Positions 5,200 to 6,058 of a stretch of 6,058 nt of DNA are shown piece after piece (positions within the stretch are counted from its first letter, which is position 1; every line of letters begins with the position of its first letter). The notes below the pieces were generated by a model. The model did not search any database, was not told the origin of the DNA, and saw only the letters and a list, made by a program, of their open reading frames with translations. A program made the position numbers and the translations under genes. The stretch comes from a virus: positions 1 through 6,058 of the IMG/VR virus record IMGVR_UViG_3300020029_000013; one strand, 5' to 3'.

Positions 5200-5222
5200 A
5201 ATAACATAATTTAACGTTTCAA

Positions 5223-5528
5223 TTAGAGCTTATCATAAAAACGCCTCCAAGCATCGGAGTGCTTAATCCAAAATTCGTAACCCTCAGGAGTTGCAGAAAA
5301 TAGAAAAGCGGAGGAAATGAGGGCTTCGGGGCCAAGATGAGACTTAAAATAAACATACTGGATGTGATCACGCAAGACGTCTCGAAAGGTTTTCTGAGCC
5401 GTAGGAACGCGATCGAAATTCGCCCTGTAGGCAGTGAATATACCTCGACGGACGAGCCACTCGATAAACGCATACTCTATAACATCGAGTATTAGTCTGT
5501 CACGCACTGGTTGTTCAAGCTTTCTCAT
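5223..5528 (-). CDS. Hypothetical protein, 101 aa; first gene after the main noncoding region
   Basis: ATG at 5528-5526 and TAA at 5225-5223. It is slightly basic and Trp/Phe/Tyr-rich, with C-terminal half SSAFLFSATPEGYEFWIKHSDAWRRFY. I cannot assign a family. Confidence 0.6.
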   Translation of the reverse strand: MRKLEQPVRDRLILDVIEYAFIEWLVRRGIFTAYRANFDRVPTAQKTFRDVLRDHIQYVYFKSHLGPEALISSAFLFSATPEGYEFWIKHSDAWRRFYDKL

Positions 5529-5554
5529 AATAATAAGGTTATTGGTTTACAGCA

Positions 5555-5562
5555 CAAATATA
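5555..5562 (-). promoter_or_regulatory. TAnnTTTG box, candidate promoter of the early/accessory gene block
   Basis: Plus-strand caaatata is TATATTTG on the minus strand. It lies 26 nt upstream of the ATG at 5528, inside the T-rich (coding-sense) 71-nt intergenic region 5529-5599. Confidence 0.35.
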
Positions 5563-5581
5563 ACAACAAAAATCTAAAATG

Positions 5582-5621
5582 AAAAAAAAAACAACAATAC
5601 TAACGAGATTTACGGGTATTG
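5582..5621 (-). terminator. Weak hairpin plus T10 run at the end of VP2
   Basis: caatac (5595-5600) pairs with gtattg (5616-5621) across a 15-nt loop that contains the VP2 stop TAG (5602-5600). On the minus strand TTG and ten T (5591-5582) follow. The stem is short and AT-rich, so it is weak as a terminator. Confidence 0.25.
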
Positions 5622-6058
5622 CCATACGTACTCGAATGGCCACTGCGAGACATCTCTGTTTTTGCGTAACCAACGACATTTCCTCTCGAATCATAACGAG
5701 TCGTAAGTGAAGAGCCCGCAGAACTGCTCGAAGAGCCGCCAGCAGAAATAGTGCCGGCAGCACGAGACATGCCTCCGCGAATTATGCCTGCGCCGGCGAC
5801 ACTAGCAGCAGCACCAACCAGAGCCTTAGAAATCTCAACATACGGGTCAAGCCTTGCATTACGAAGAGCAATACGGGCTTGCTCGGGAAGAAAGTCAGAT
5901 GCATTAGCTTCGTTTATAATAGTCTTATCGTGAAAATCCTTAAGAGACATCGAAACCTTGAAAGACCTAGGGCCAGGATTTGCACGGGTGATGGGATTTT
6001 TACTCCTAAGATTTTCCGAATATTGAGGATTCGGAATTTCAATATCGAAGCGCTTTGA
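5600..6058 (-). CDS. VP2 pilot protein, 3' part; 5938-6058 duplicates 1-121 and the unique part is 5600-5937
   Basis: This is the same reading frame as 1..1036 (-), joined through the circular junction. The frame is open from the window edge down to TAG at 5602-5600. The track lists only the piece from the internal Met at 5950 (MSLKDFHDK...). The C-terminus is Gly/Ser/Ala-rich (AGTISAGGSSSSSAGSSL). Confidence 0.8.
   Translation of the reverse strand, partial: SKRFDIEIPNPQYSENLRSKNPITRANPGPRSFKVSMSLKDFHDKTIINEANASDFLPEQARIALRNARLDPYVEISKALVGAAASVAGAGIIRGGMSRAAGTISAGGSSSSSAGSSLTTRYDSRGNVVGYAKTEMSRSGHSSTYGNTRKSR
5938..6058. repeat. Terminal direct repeat, copy 2 (self-overlap of a circular genome assembly)
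   Basis: Identical to 1-121 over all 121 nt. Confidence 0.95.

Noticed and set aside
5200-5222. The AT-rich gap between the 101- and 107-aa ORFs contains GTTAAAT and TTATGTTA, reminiscent of the XerD arm of bacterial dif (TTATGTTAAAT). Some Bacteroidota microviral prophages are thought to integrate at dif
   Set aside because: The pieces are in the wrong order and spacing for an 11-6-11 dif site, and no XerC-arm counterpart (..GCGCATAA) is present. The match is confined to short AT-rich strings.

Overview
This window is one complete, circularly permuted genome of a small ssDNA phage of the family Microviridae. It is the non-phiX type, with a gokushovirus/alpavirus-like gene set, and it is written as the reverse complement of the coding (virion-sense) strand. 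Bases 1-121 are repeated exactly at 5938-6058, so the true circle is 5937 nt and the window overlaps itself. Every credible gene is on the minus strand and the genes are tightly packed. Reading the minus strand from 5528 downwards, the order is: three small unknown ORFs (101, 107 and 66-96 aa), HUH replication initiator VP4, major capsid protein VP1 (607 aa), a 98-aa very acidic protein, a 133-nt structured spacer, a 63-aa predicted lipoprotein, and the DNA pilot/minor capsid protein VP2. The 457-aa VP2 ORF crosses the artificial window junction (1036..1 joined to 5937..5600), so the ORF track does not show it as a whole. I see no rRNA, tRNA, CRISPR array, transposase or integrase. No gene has a Shine-Dalgarno sequence, and three TAnnTTTG boxes sit just upstream of gene starts. 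Together with genome and capsid size, this tentatively points to a Bacteroidota host. Four things are most worth following up. First, the lipoprotein gene abuts VP2 in a phage with no recognisable lysis gene. Second, the spacer holds a GC-clamped hairpin and palindrome that could be a complementary-strand origin or a terminator. Third, a clean intrinsic-terminator hairpin argues for re-annotating one ORF start. Fourth, there is a 1-kb block of unknown genes. All long plus-strand ORFs look like antisense artefacts.
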